From an uncultured delta proteobacterium (GTDB lineage Bacteria > Desulfobacterota > RBG-13-43-22), in the NCBI GenBank assembly GCA_963711835.1, contig CAVQFQ010000017.1, positions 224,001 to 288,000 on the forward strand: a DNA stretch of 64,000 bases, read 5' to 3'. Below are positions 54,600-64,000 of this stretch, piece by piece. The first letter of the stretch is position 1. Every line of letters begins with the position of its first letter. A program made the position numbers and the translations under genes. The notes beneath the pieces were generated by a model, which searched no databases, was not told where the DNA came from, and worked only from the letters and a program-made list of their open reading frames with translations.

Positions 54600-55379
54600 G
54601 TGGCTTTTTTTAAGGCTGAAAACCTATCCATTAGTTTCGGCGGGCTTCAGGCCTTGAGCCGGGTCAGTTTTGAAGTCCGCCAGGGAGAAATTTTCTCCAT
54701 CATCGGACCCAATGGCGCCGGGAAAACGACCATTTTTAATTGCATCAACCGTTTTTATGATTTGAACGAGGGCTCGTTTTCTTTAAAGGACCGCACTATT
54801 TCAAAAATCAAACCCCATACCGTAGCCGATATGGGGATCGCCCGGACCTTTCAAAACATCGAACTTTTTAAAAACATGACCGTTCTCGACAACCTGATCC
54901 TGGGCCGGCATCGCCGCCGCCGCTCCAATCTTTTTAGCGAAACCTTTTTCAGCCGGTCCGTTCAGGAACAGGAAATTGAAAGCCGTCAAAAGGCGGAAGA
55001 AATTATTGATTTTTTGGACCTGGAGGCCTATCGCCAGCAACGGGTCATCAACCTTCCCTATGGCGTCCAGAAAACCGTTGAACTGGGCCGGGCCCTGGCC
55101 ATGGACCCCATACTCCTGCTCCTCGATGAGCCTTCCTCCGGCCTGAATGTGGAAGAGACGGAAGATCTGTCTTTCTGGCTGAGCGATATCAAAGAGGCTT
55201 TGGGGATTACCATCATTTTGGTGGAGCATAACATGCGCTTTGTGCAGCAGGTGTCGGACCGGGCGCTGGCCTTGGATTTCGGCCAGGTGATCACCCAGGG
55301 ACACCCCAAAGAAGTTCTGAACCACCCGGAGGTGATGAAGGCCTACCTGGGAGAAGAAAATGTCCCTGCTCCAAGTTAG
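54600..55379 (+). CDS. ABC ATPase (LivG-like)
   Basis: GPNGAGKTT, ARTFQ, LPYG, LLLDEP. Confidence 0.93.
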   Translation: MAFFKAENLSISFGGLQALSRVSFEVRQGEIFSIIGPNGAGKTTIFNCINRFYDLNEGSFSLKDRTISKIKPHTVADMGIARTFQNIELFKNMTVLDNLILGRHRRRRSNLFSETFFSRSVQEQEIESRQKAEEIIDFLDLEAYRQQRVINLPYGVQKTVELGRALAMDPILLLLDEPSSGLNVEETEDLSFWLSDIKEALGITIILVEHNMRFVQQVSDRALALDFGQVITQGHPKEVLNHPEVMKAYLGEENVPAPS

Positions 55380-56127
55380 GAACATAGAGACCTACTACGG
55401 TCCGATCATGGCCATCAAAGGCGTTTCTTTCGATGTGGCCGAAGGGGCCATCGTCACCATTTTAGGCGCCAACGGCGCCGGCAAGACCACCATTCTGAAG
55501 ACCATTTCCGGCGTCATGGATCCGGAAAAAGGCAGCATCGAATTTTTAGGACAGCGCATCGATTCCCTGGCGCCGGATAAGATCGTTCGCCTGGGAATTT
55601 CTCAGGTGCCCGAAGGCCGGGAAGTTTTCCATGACTTGACGGTAAAAGAGAATCTCCTCATGGGCGCCTATCTGAGAAAGGACCGGGAAGGCATCAAAAA
55701 AGATCTCGAAACGGTCGCTGAGTATTTTCCAATCCTGAGGGAGCGCGCCGCCCAGTTGGCCGGAGACATGAGCGGCGGGCAGCAGCAAATGATCGTCATT
55801 GCCCGGGCCCTGATGGCCCGGCCCCGACTCATGCTCCTGGATGAACCTTCCCTGGGTCTTTCGCCTTTGCTGGTAAAAGAAATTTACGGCATCATTAAAC
55901 GCATCAATACCGAGCAAAAAACGACCATCCTGCTGGTCGAGCAGAATGCCCCCATGGCTCTTTCCGTGGCCAGCCATGGATTTGTGTTGGAACTGGGCCG
56001 GATCGTCATGGACGATACCTGTGCCGCCCTTTTGGCCAATGAAGATGTGAAGGAATTTTATCTGGGCATCAAAGAGGAAAGCATCCGGGGGGCACGACGG
56101 TGGAAGCGGAAGAAAAAATGGCGCTAA
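55360..56127 (+). CDS. ABC ATPase (LivF-like)
   Basis: GANGAGKTT, VPEGR, MSGGQQQM, LLDEPSLGL. Confidence 0.93.
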   Translation: MSLLQVRNIETYYGPIMAIKGVSFDVAEGAIVTILGANGAGKTTILKTISGVMDPEKGSIEFLGQRIDSLAPDKIVRLGISQVPEGREVFHDLTVKENLLMGAYLRKDREGIKKDLETVAEYFPILRERAAQLAGDMSGGQQQMIVIARALMARPRLMLLDEPSLGLSPLLVKEIYGIIKRINTEQKTTILLVEQNAPMALSVASHGFVLELGRIVMDDTCAALLANEDVKEFYLGIKEESIRGARRWKRKKKWR

Positions 56128-57935
56128 CCGCTCGGTTATCCGAAGCCGATACCATTCCCCGGCTGTTCTGGAAGCGGGTTGCCCAGTGGTCGGACCGCAC
56201 GGCGTTACGGGAGAAGGTCTACGGCATCTGGCGGGAGATCACCTGGCGCGAATACGGTCTGAAGGCCAGGCAGGCCGGGCTTGGACTTGTGGCGCTGGGT
56301 CTGGAGCCGGGCGACCGGGTAGCCATCATCAGCGAGAACAACCCGGAATGGCTGTACAGTGACATGGGCATTCTGGCCGTCGGCGGCGTGACGGTGGGCA
56401 TCTACCCCACCGATTCCCCGAACCAGGTTGAATATGTCCTCAACCACAGCGGGGCCAAATTTTACATTGCCGAAGATGAAGAGCAATTAGACAAAATCCT
56501 GGAGATCCGCGGAAATATCCCCCAGCTTCAAAAAATCGTCATCATGGACATGGAAGGACTGCGCCATTTTTCCGATCCCATGGCCTTACCTTTCGCTGAA
56601 TTAATGGAGCGGGGGAAACAACTGGACCGGAAGGATCCCGGACTTTTCCCAAGGCGGCTTCAGGAGCCGCAACCCGAAGACCTGGCCATTCTCATTTACA
56701 CCTCCGGCACCACCGGTCCGCCGAAAGGCGCCATGATTTCCCATCGGAACATTATCAGCACCATGGAGATGCAGGAGGCGGTCAATCCGGGGCTTGAAAA
56801 CGACGAAGTCCTCTCTTTCCTGCCGCTCTGCCACATCGCCCAGCGCATGGTCTCCGTATATAATCCTTTGTTGGCCGGGTATAGGATCAACTTTGTCGAA
56901 GAACTGGATACCATTCCGGAAAATATGCGAGAAGTTTCACCCACTGTTTTTTTCGCCGTGCCGCGCATCTGGGAGAAATTCTATTCCTCTCTGGTGCTGA
57001 CCATGAAGGATTCGACCTCCCTGGAAAAGCTGGCTTTCCGGTGGGCCACAGGCATCGGCCGGAAAATCTCGGACTATCGGCTGAACCGATCCGAACCGCC
57101 CCTTTATCTGAAGGCGCTTTTTAAGCTGGCGGACTGGACGGTGTTGAAGAACCTCAAAAAGATACTGGGGCTCAACCGGGCACGCTACTGCCTTTCCGGG
57201 GCCGCCCCCATAGCGCCCGACTTGTTGAAATTTTATCACGGCCTGGGCATCGATGTGAGGGAGGTCTACGGACAAACGGAAAACTGCGGTCCCACCTCGA
57301 TTCATTATGATAACGATGTTCGCTTCGGCACGGTCGGCAAGCCGCTGCCCGGGGCCCAGATCCGGATTGCCGAGGACGGTGAAATTCTCCTGAAAGGCCC
57401 CCATGTCTTCATGGGCTACTACCAGGATCCTGAAAAGACCCGGGAAACCATCGTTGACGGCTGGTTGCATACCGGAGATGTGGGCCGGATCGACGAGGCC
57501 GGTCACCTGGTCATAACGGACCGGAAGAAAGATATTATCATCACCGCCGGGGGAAAGAACATCACCCCCTCGGAAATCGAAAACCAGCTTAAATTCAGTC
57601 CCTACATCAATGATGCGGTGGTTATCGGGGACGGGCGGAAGTATCTGACGGCCCTGATCATGGTCGATGATGAAAATGTGATGAAATATGCCCAGGACAA
57701 CCGGGTTCCCTTTACCACCTATGCCAGTTTAACCAGGGCCAAAGAAATCATCGAGCTGATCCAGAAGGAGGTGGATGAAGTCAATAAAAAATTTGCCCGG
57801 GTGGAGACCATCAAAAAATTTCGCCTGATGGACATCCAGTTGACCACCGACGATGAAGAGATCACGCCTACGATGAAACTGAAGCGGAAGTTTATCAATG
57901 AAAAGTTCCGGGAGGTTATTGAGTCCATGTATTAG
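56118..57935 (+). CDS. Long-chain fatty acid--CoA ligase (AMP-dependent synthetase)
   Basis: YTSGTTGPPKG, YGQTE, WLHTGD, ITPTMKLKR. Confidence 0.92.
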   Translation: MALTARLSEADTIPRLFWKRVAQWSDRTALREKVYGIWREITWREYGLKARQAGLGLVALGLEPGDRVAIISENNPEWLYSDMGILAVGGVTVGIYPTDSPNQVEYVLNHSGAKFYIAEDEEQLDKILEIRGNIPQLQKIVIMDMEGLRHFSDPMALPFAELMERGKQLDRKDPGLFPRRLQEPQPEDLAILIYTSGTTGPPKGAMISHRNIISTMEMQEAVNPGLENDEVLSFLPLCHIAQRMVSVYNPLLAGYRINFVEELDTIPENMREVSPTVFFAVPRIWEKFYSSLVLTMKDSTSLEKLAFRWATGIGRKISDYRLNRSEPPLYLKALFKLADWTVLKNLKKILGLNRARYCLSGAAPIAPDLLKFYHGLGIDVREVYGQTENCGPTSIHYDNDVRFGTVGKPLPGAQIRIAEDGEILLKGPHVFMGYYQDPEKTRETIVDGWLHTGDVGRIDEAGHLVITDRKKDIIITAGGKNITPSEIENQLKFSPYINDAVVIGDGRKYLTALIMVDDENVMKYAQDNRVPFTTYASLTRAKEIIELIQKEVDEVNKKFARVETIKKFRLMDIQLTTDDEEITPTMKLKRKFINEKFREVIESMY

Positions 57936-57994
57936 TACCGTTGAAATAAATTTGTTGTTTTTTCGGTAAAGCATTTTTCAGGACCGCTAAGACA

Positions 57995-58120
57995 AAAAGC
58001 ACGAAACAAATTCAAATGACCAAATTTCAAAATTCGAGAAATTTTTGTTTTAGTCATTTAGATTTTGGACCTTTGTGCTTGTTTCGGATTTCGGATTTCG
58101 TGCTTCGAGTTTCGAATTTA
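57995..58120. repeat. Palindromic heptamer-repeat element related to 17500-17630
   Basis: AAGCACGAAACAAATTCAAATGAC...GTCATTTAG...TTGTTTCGGATTTCGGATTTCGTGCTTCGAGTTTCGAATTT. Confidence 0.65.
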
Positions 58121-58190
58121 TAGATTTTCTCGTTGAATGGTTAGAGAAAAATTCTCAGAAAATACGTAAGAATCTAACAGGAGGTGTATC

Positions 58191-59372
58191 ATGAAAAAGG
58201 TATTTTGGACAGGACTGTTGGTTTTAGTGATGGGCTTGGGGTTTTCCGGACTGGTGATGGCCGAAGAAGGGGTGACGGATACCGAGATTGTCATCGGATC
58301 CCATCAGGATCTGAGCGGACCTATCGCCGGTTGGGGGACCCAGACCAAATTGGGGTTGGAGATGCGAGCCCGGGAGATTAACGAGGCCGGGGGAATTCAC
58401 GGCAGAAAAATCCACCTGGTGATCGAGGATAGCGCCTATGATCCCAAAAAGGCCATCATGGTGACCAACAAGATGATCACCCGGGACAAGGTCTTTGCCT
58501 TTGTCGGCAACATGGGATCCCCCACGGCCGGGGCCACCAAACCGATCATTTCCGCTAAAAAAATCCCCCAGATGTTACCTCTTACGGCGGCCTCATTATT
58601 TTTTGATCCTTATGACCGTTACAGCTTTGGCGGTTTTGTCCCTTATTATGATCAGGCCAGGTGCATCGTCAAGTATTTCGTGGAAAAGAAAGGCACCACC
58701 AAAATCGGCCTCTTGTACCAGGATGACGAAATGGGGGCCATCATGAAAAAGGGGGTGGAGGACCAACTGGCGGTTCATAAACTGAAAATGACCGCTGCGG
58801 AATCCTATAAACGGGGGGATACGGATTTCAGCTCCCAGATCGCCAAGCTCAAAAAGGCCGAGGTCCAGCTCGTGGTCCTGGCCACAGTCATTCGTGAAAC
58901 CGTCGGGGCCCTCAAGGAGGCCAAGAAAATCAACTGGAATGTGGATATGGCCGGTATGTCTCCTTCCTTTCTTCATATGGTCATTGACCTGTGCCTCAAG
59001 GCCGGTTTCTCTCCGGACGGCTATTATGCCACGAACCATTCCCCCTATATCTATCCGGAAAGCCCCCTTGCTTCGGTTCGGGCCTTTTATAAAAAACACA
59101 GGGAATGGTTTGGAAAAGATCCCGACATGCCCACCACAGCCGGCTACGCGGGAATAGACTTTTTCGCCAAGGTCGCTGCCAAGGTGGGCAAGGACCTGAC
59201 CCGGGAAAAATGGATCGATGCCGCCGAACATTACGGGGTGTATAAGGATGAGAATTTCGGCGGGGTTGATATCCAGTTTACGACCACCAACCACCAGGGG
59301 GCCTTCGGTGCCATCCTGACCCAGGTGCAGGGCAACAAGTTCGTCAAGATAGCCGATGTGAGTTATAGATAA
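58191..59372 (+). CDS. ABC substrate-binding protein (LivK-like)
   Basis: Signal peptide, EGVTDTEIVIG, INEAGGIHGRKI, DFSSQIAKL. Confidence 0.92.
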   Translation: MKKVFWTGLLVLVMGLGFSGLVMAEEGVTDTEIVIGSHQDLSGPIAGWGTQTKLGLEMRAREINEAGGIHGRKIHLVIEDSAYDPKKAIMVTNKMITRDKVFAFVGNMGSPTAGATKPIISAKKIPQMLPLTAASLFFDPYDRYSFGGFVPYYDQARCIVKYFVEKKGTTKIGLLYQDDEMGAIMKKGVEDQLAVHKLKMTAAESYKRGDTDFSSQIAKLKKAEVQLVVLATVIRETVGALKEAKKINWNVDMAGMSPSFLHMVIDLCLKAGFSPDGYYATNHSPYIYPESPLASVRAFYKKHREWFGKDPDMPTTAGYAGIDFFAKVAAKVGKDLTREKWIDAAEHYGVYKDENFGGVDIQFTTTNHQGAFGAILTQVQGNKFVKIADVSYR

Positions 59373-59377
59373 TTTGG

Positions 59378-61084
59378 TTAAAACTCCAAGCCCAGTTTTT
59401 TGAGGGCGGCCACGCCGCCCTGAAGATTCAGGCAGTCTCCTAGACCGGACCGATCGAGGGTGATCTGGGCCTCGTAGGAACGCACTCCGGTGTTGCAGAC
59501 CAGGATCAACTGTTTGTCCCTGGGTACTTCGGTCAGCCGTTGTTGGAGCTGATCCTGAGGGATGCTTTTCCAGATCTCGGGATATTTTTGGACAAACGGT
59601 TCGGCGTTCCCCCAGCCCCGGCAATCCAGAAAGAGGAACCGGTCAGGGTCTTTTTGTTTCCACAGTTCCAGCACCTGTTCCGGATTGATGGTTCGATTTT
59701 TGCCGGCCAGGATATTTTCCGCGGTGTTGCCGAGGGCGTTCAGGATGTCCATGGCCGCTGAAAAGGGCGGTGAATAGGGGAGCTCCAGGTTGCTGATCTC
59801 GGAAACATGGGGCGTTTGATGCAGCAGTCCGGCCACGGCGCAGAGGCGGGCGAAGAGCCCGTCGCCCCGGTTGCCCAGACCCTGGACACCCAGGACCCGG
59901 CCGCCGGCCTTTTCGACCACGATTTCCAGGTACATGAGATCCTTATCCGGAAAGAAATGGGCCCGGTCGAGCTGGACCACAAAGGCGCTGATAGCCTCGA
60001 AGCCTTCCTGTTCGGCTTTCCGGAGAGACAACCCGCAGCCGCCCACGGAGAGCTCAAACAGCTTCAGGATAAAGCTGCCCACGGCCCCTTTGAAAACCGC
60101 TTTCCCTCCGGCCAGGTTGGTGCCGATGACCCGCCCCTGCCGGTTGGCCAGGGAGCCGAAGGGAAAAAATCCCGGTTTCCCAGTAACCAGGTTCGGAACG
60201 GTCACACAATCCCCTCCGGCATAAATGTCCGGGTCCGAGGTCTGAAGAAATTCATTGACCCGGATGGCACCGGAAGGGGCCAGCTCCAGACCGGCTTGCC
60301 GGGCCAGGTCGCTGTTGGGGTTGACCCCGATGGAGACAATCACCAGGTCGGCCTCCAGGCTTTGTTTCCGGGTGACGACCCGTTCGACCCTTTCCCGTCC
60401 TTCGAATCGCAGGACTTCGTCACTAAGATCAAGGACCACCCCTTTTTCCTCCAGATGGTGCTGGGCCATCCCGGCCAGGGTCGGGCTGATCAGGTCCGGC
60501 AGAATCTGGTCCTGCATCTCCACCACGGTAGTCTCGATGCCCCAGAGATCGGCCAGGGCCTCGGCCATTTCCAGGCCGATCGGACCGGCCCCGATAATAA
60601 CCGCCCGCTCTACTCGGCCCTGGGAGATTTCCTCCTTGATCCGGATCGGCTCCACCAGGCCGGTGATGGAATAGATGCCTTTCAATCCGGCTCCTTCTAT
60701 CGGTAATTTTCGCGGGCTGCTGCCGGTGGCGATGACCAAGCGGTCATAATCGAGCCGAATGTGCTCACCGGTTTCCAGCCGCTCGATCAGGATATTTTTC
60801 TGTTTTCGATCTATCTCCAAGGCCCGGGTTTGGGTTAAGACCTCAATCCCTTTGGCTTCCCTGAAAAAATTTTTATCCCGCAGCATGTGAAAGCTGGTGG
60901 TCTGGAGCTGATCCGGGTCGCTGACATCCCCGGAGATATAGAAGGGGATTCCGCAGCCTCCGTAAGAAATACGGTCGGATTGATCCAGCATGATGACGCG
61001 GGAGTCGGGCTCCAGCCTTTTGAAACGACAGGCGGCTTTGGGGCCCAAGGCTACGGCCCCGATAATGACTATGGTTTGAGCCAT
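59378..61084 (-). CDS. CoA-disulfide reductase-like FAD/NAD oxidoreductase with C-terminal rhodanese domain
   Basis: SYGGCGIP, ATGS, GAGPIGLE, YAGGDC, YSPPFS, rhodanese CNTGVRS. Confidence 0.9.
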   Translation of the reverse strand: MAQTIVIIGAVALGPKAACRFKRLEPDSRVIMLDQSDRISYGGCGIPFYISGDVSDPDQLQTTSFHMLRDKNFFREAKGIEVLTQTRALEIDRKQKNILIERLETGEHIRLDYDRLVIATGSSPRKLPIEGAGLKGIYSITGLVEPIRIKEEISQGRVERAVIIGAGPIGLEMAEALADLWGIETTVVEMQDQILPDLISPTLAGMAQHHLEEKGVVLDLSDEVLRFEGRERVERVVTRKQSLEADLVIVSIGVNPNSDLARQAGLELAPSGAIRVNEFLQTSDPDIYAGGDCVTVPNLVTGKPGFFPFGSLANRQGRVIGTNLAGGKAVFKGAVGSFILKLFELSVGGCGLSLRKAEQEGFEAISAFVVQLDRAHFFPDKDLMYLEIVVEKAGGRVLGVQGLGNRGDGLFARLCAVAGLLHQTPHVSEISNLELPYSPPFSAAMDILNALGNTAENILAGKNRTINPEQVLELWKQKDPDRFLFLDCRGWGNAEPFVQKYPEIWKSIPQDQLQQRLTEVPRDKQLILVCNTGVRSYEAQITLDRSGLGDCLNLQGGVAALKKLGLEF

Positions 61085-61127
61085 GTGAAAAACCTCCTCA
61101 AAAATAAAGGCCAACATTCAAAATATA

Positions 61128-61203
61128 GAGTTTGTCATAGTTACCTGATTTTTGAGCACTCCATTCATAGAGGGCTTCGGGGGTCTTGATTTCAGGGCTG
61201 TCC
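61128..61203 (+). repeat. Imperfect direct repeat of 61449-61528, including one arm of the MITE-like IR
   Basis: GAGTTTGTC..TGATTTTT..CACTCCAT.CATAGAGGGCTTCGGGGGTCTTGATTTCA.GG.TGTCC in both. Confidence 0.7.
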
Positions 61204-61494
61204 AATCAATCCGCCTGGACGGACGGAATTCAAAAGTCGGACGGAAAAACAGTCCCCAAATATACCAGAAGACCTCTTTGAAGGACAGGATAAAGGATTA
61301 AGCCCCAGCGGGAAAATTTTTCAGGGCCGGCGATACGGTTCGATTCTCCGGGTAAGGGAAAGGGACCCTGCCGGGATAGTTATTTATCCATGACAGAAAT
61401 TGCCCGTCTTTGATATACTGGTGGAAAACGGTCCATCTCTCACTCTTGGAGTTTGTCCCAACTTTACGTGATTTTTAAACACTCCATATCATAG

Positions 61495-61712
61495 AGGGCT
61501 TCGGGGGTCTTGATTTCAAGGATTGTCCGCCAAAACGCCGGCAGTTTGAACCCGGGCAGGAAGTTTATAATGGGGTTTAGAAACAGGCCAACACCAAAGT
61601 GATTTGTCGTCTTGGGTGAATGCCCGGCTCCCAACCAACTTAGAAATTCGGGCCGGGTTGGGGCTGCGGATTACCTTTCGGACAACCTTGAAATCAAGAC
61701 CCCCGAAGCCCT
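61495..61712. mobile_element. ~218-bp MITE-like element with ~34-bp terminal IRs (copy B)
   Basis: AGGGCTTCGGGGGTCTTGATTTCAAGGATTGTCCG ... CGGACAACCTTGAAATCAAGACCCCCGAAGCCCT. Confidence 0.7.
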
Positions 61713-61799
61713 TTCGGTTTGAGAATGACGTAACTTTGGGACTATCTCTGCTCTCGTGTCCAACAGTGATGGTTCAGGCAGATTTTCTTCCGACAAAAA

Positions 61800-62171
61800 A
61801 TGAAACTTGACCTCGAAGAATTTGAAAAGCTGGTTTCCCGGGCTCTCGTAGAGATCCCCCCGGTTTTTCTGGAAAAATTGGAGAACCTGGAAATAATAGT
61901 CGAGGAAGAACCTTCTTCGGAGGTTTTGGAAAGCCTGGGATTGAATCAGGGGGAACTCCTTTTTGGACTATACCAAGGGGTCCCGAGGCCCGATAAAAGC
62001 TTCTTTCAAGTCACCCTCCTGCCGGATCGGATTACCCTCTTTCGCCTCCCCCTTCTAAAGGCCTGCCGTACTAAAAAGGAAATCATGGATCAGATCGGAA
62101 AAACCGTGGTCCATGAAATAGCCCATTATTTCGGATTTTCGGAGCAGGAGATCCGGAAGCTGGGCTATTGA
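61800..62171 (+). CDS. Zincin-like metallopeptidase (DUF1025 type)
   Basis: LFGLYQGVP, PDRITLFR, TVVHEIAHYFG (HExxH). Confidence 0.88.
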   Translation: MKLDLEEFEKLVSRALVEIPPVFLEKLENLEIIVEEEPSSEVLESLGLNQGELLFGLYQGVPRPDKSFFQVTLLPDRITLFRLPLLKACRTKKEIMDQIGKTVVHEIAHYFGFSEQEIRKLGY

Positions 62172-62332
62172 AGGCCGGTTTAGCGGTTCTTCGGGAAGGG
62201 CGGGGACCGGGAGCTTTTCTGTTTGACAAGGGGCGGTTGCCTTTACTATAGTTTTTTTCAAGGCGGCTATCTGCGCTTTTCCTCGCCCCTTTCTCACACC
62301 AGTTACTCATAAAAACCATCAAGGAGGTGGGT

Positions 62333-63274
62333 ATGGGCCTTCAGGACCAACCCCAGGCGGCCATCCTGGTCATTGATGATGAACCGATCGTCCATGAAAG
62401 TATCCAACGCATCCTTTCCGAAGAAGGCTATCTGGTAGACGGCGACCTGCGGGTCAAAGATGCCATGGAAAGGTTGAAAAAAACCCCTTATGACCTGGTA
62501 TTGACCGACTTGATGATGCCGGAACAGAACGGGCTCGAAGCCGTGAAGGCCATCGGCCGGGAACATCCGGGCATCGGCGTCGTTATGTTTACCGGCTATC
62601 CCAATGTCGATTCCGCCGTGGAATCGATCAAATTAGGCTCCCTGGATTATCTGCCCAAACCCTTTACCCCGGACGAGCTGATTGCGGTCGTGGTCCGGTC
62701 TCTGGAGAAGGTCCAAAAAGCCAGGAGAGACCGGGAATTGGAGCAGCTTTTTGTCGAGGCCGAAAAGGCTATCCAATCGAGTCTCGATCTTAAGGAAGTC
62801 CTTCAGATTATCAACACCAATATCGTCCGCATCTTCCGGGCCAAGGGAAGTTCGGTTTTTTTGTACAACAAGAGAACCAATTCCCTGGACCTGAACTCCA
62901 CCTGCGGACTGAGTGACGGCTATTTGAAAAAAGGACAACTCGATGCGGCCAGGAGCATCCCGGAAGTATTGGCCTCCAACGAACCGGTTTGCATCGAGGC
63001 TGCCCTCTTTGATCAACATCTCCAATATCCGGAGGAGGCCCGAAAAGAAGGCCTCTCGGCGATTTTATCCTTGCCCCTCGGAATAGACGAAAAACCCTTG
63101 GGCGTCCTGCGCCTGTACCGGGCCGATGCCCGGTCTTTTAATGCGGAAGAAATCACCCTCTTGAAAAGACTGGCCGACCTGGCGGCCCGGGCCATCCAGA
63201 ATGCCAAGTCCTTTCAGCGGATCCGGCATGATATGGAAGAATTAAAAAAATACATCCCCAATGCCAAAGATTGA
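62333..63274 (+). CDS. Response regulator (REC + GAF)
   Basis: ILVIDDE, LTDLMMP, FTGY, KPF; GAF ...ILSLPL...GVLRLY...AARAIQNA. Confidence 0.9.
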   Translation: MGLQDQPQAAILVIDDEPIVHESIQRILSEEGYLVDGDLRVKDAMERLKKTPYDLVLTDLMMPEQNGLEAVKAIGREHPGIGVVMFTGYPNVDSAVESIKLGSLDYLPKPFTPDELIAVVVRSLEKVQKARRDRELEQLFVEAEKAIQSSLDLKEVLQIINTNIVRIFRAKGSSVFLYNKRTNSLDLNSTCGLSDGYLKKGQLDAARSIPEVLASNEPVCIEAALFDQHLQYPEEARKEGLSAILSLPLGIDEKPLGVLRLYRADARSFNAEEITLLKRLADLAARAIQNAKSFQRIRHDMEELKKYIPNAKD

Positions 63275-63403
63275 CAAGTCGGATATCATCCCGACTGCCC
63301 ATATACACAAGACCTCAAAAGCCATCAAGGATGGAATGGTTTATTAATCACCCAAGGTAGGGATAACCCCTATTTTTATCGGATTTATAAAGGAAGGAAT
63401 ACC

Positions 63404-64000
63404 ATGAGCGGAGAGGTGAAAGGCAGGATTCTAATCGCGGATGCCGAACAGGCCTTCCAGGACGGCCTCATCCCGGCCCTGAGGAAGGAAGGCTACCGGG
63501 TGTTTGGTTGCGGAACCGGCGCCCAGGCCTTGGAGCTTCAAAAAAGCGAATCCTTTGATGTCCTGATCGTGGATTGGAAACTGCCGGACCTGGAGGGGCT
63601 GCAGATTATGGAGGCAGCCCGGCAGCAAGATGCCGCAATTTCCATGATAATGACCACCTATCAGTCTGATGTGGACTCGGCTGTAAAAACCATGAAACTG
63701 GGAGCGGCGGATTACCTTGCCAAACCGATTTCTCCGAACCAAGTCCTTAATCTGGTAAACCAGATCATGGAGGGGCGAAGGGTTTTGGCCGAAAAAGCCG
63801 AGAGAGAGCGTTCCTTTGAAGCCCTTAAAAAGGAAATCGCCTCCACCCTAAGCCTTCAAGAGGTGCTCACCCTCCTAGCCAAGGGCGTGGTGCGCATCAT
63901 GGGAGTCAAAGGCAGCACCTTAAGCCTGGTCGGGAAATTTCAAGCCGAGCTGCGACTCATGGCTTCCGAGGGATTGAGCCCCCGATATTTAGAAAAAGGG
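63404..64000 (+). CDS. Response regulator (REC + GAF), partial
   Basis: Hand translation MSGEVKGRILIADAE...IVDWKLPD...DYLAKP...IASTLSLQEVL...GVKGSTLSL...EGLSPRYLEKG, open to the window edge. Confidence 0.85.
   Translation, partial: MSGEVKGRILIADAEQAFQDGLIPALRKEGYRVFGCGTGAQALELQKSESFDVLIVDWKLPDLEGLQIMEAARQQDAAISMIMTTYQSDVDSAVKTMKLGAADYLAKPISPNQVLNLVNQIMEGRRVLAEKAERERSFEALKKEIASTLSLQEVLTLLAKGVVRIMGVKGSTLSLVGKFQAELRLMASEGLSPRYLEKG

Overview
Bacterial chromosome segment, probably Desulfobacterota ('Deltaproteobacteria'-like), judged from the 16S sequence, rny/ymdB/tyrS synteny, ETF/HdrD-type genes and an XXXCH protein. (1) 1-13.3 kb is a defence/TA hotspot: partial AddB-like repair gene, RelBE-like, WYL regulator, PIN/RHH and BrnTA modules, a frameshifted HAF-repeat gene, an AAA ATPase, gene remnants, a frameshifted aspartyl protease, a Type IIG-like R-M fusion and a DprA/SLOG-like gene. 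A 33-bp promoter/operator occurs twice there (2605, 8907). (2) 13-35 kb is mostly core metabolism: acyl-CoA DH-EtfAB, gap, flavoprotein, HdrD/FadF-like, thiolase, holA, dodecin, zapBA, rny, ymdB, tyrS. (3) A complete rrn operon (16S-tRNAIle-tRNAAla-23S-5S) has an intervening sequence in 23S helix 45. (4) The most striking feature follows the operon: 5S rRNA plus its terminator recurs as direct repeats (40794, 45817, 49192, 3' remnant at 50426), each bounding a separate accessory gene block, with truncated genes at two junctions and no integrase in the window, i.e. a candidate 5S-anchored cassette array. (5) 50-64 kb: DinB-like, LamG protein, Liv-type ABC transporter with acyl-CoA ligase, CoA-disulfide reductase-rhodanese and REC-GAF regulators. 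A ~217-bp inverted-repeat element (two copies) and many heptamer-repeat hairpins are also present. All calls come from reading the sequence; no database searches were run.
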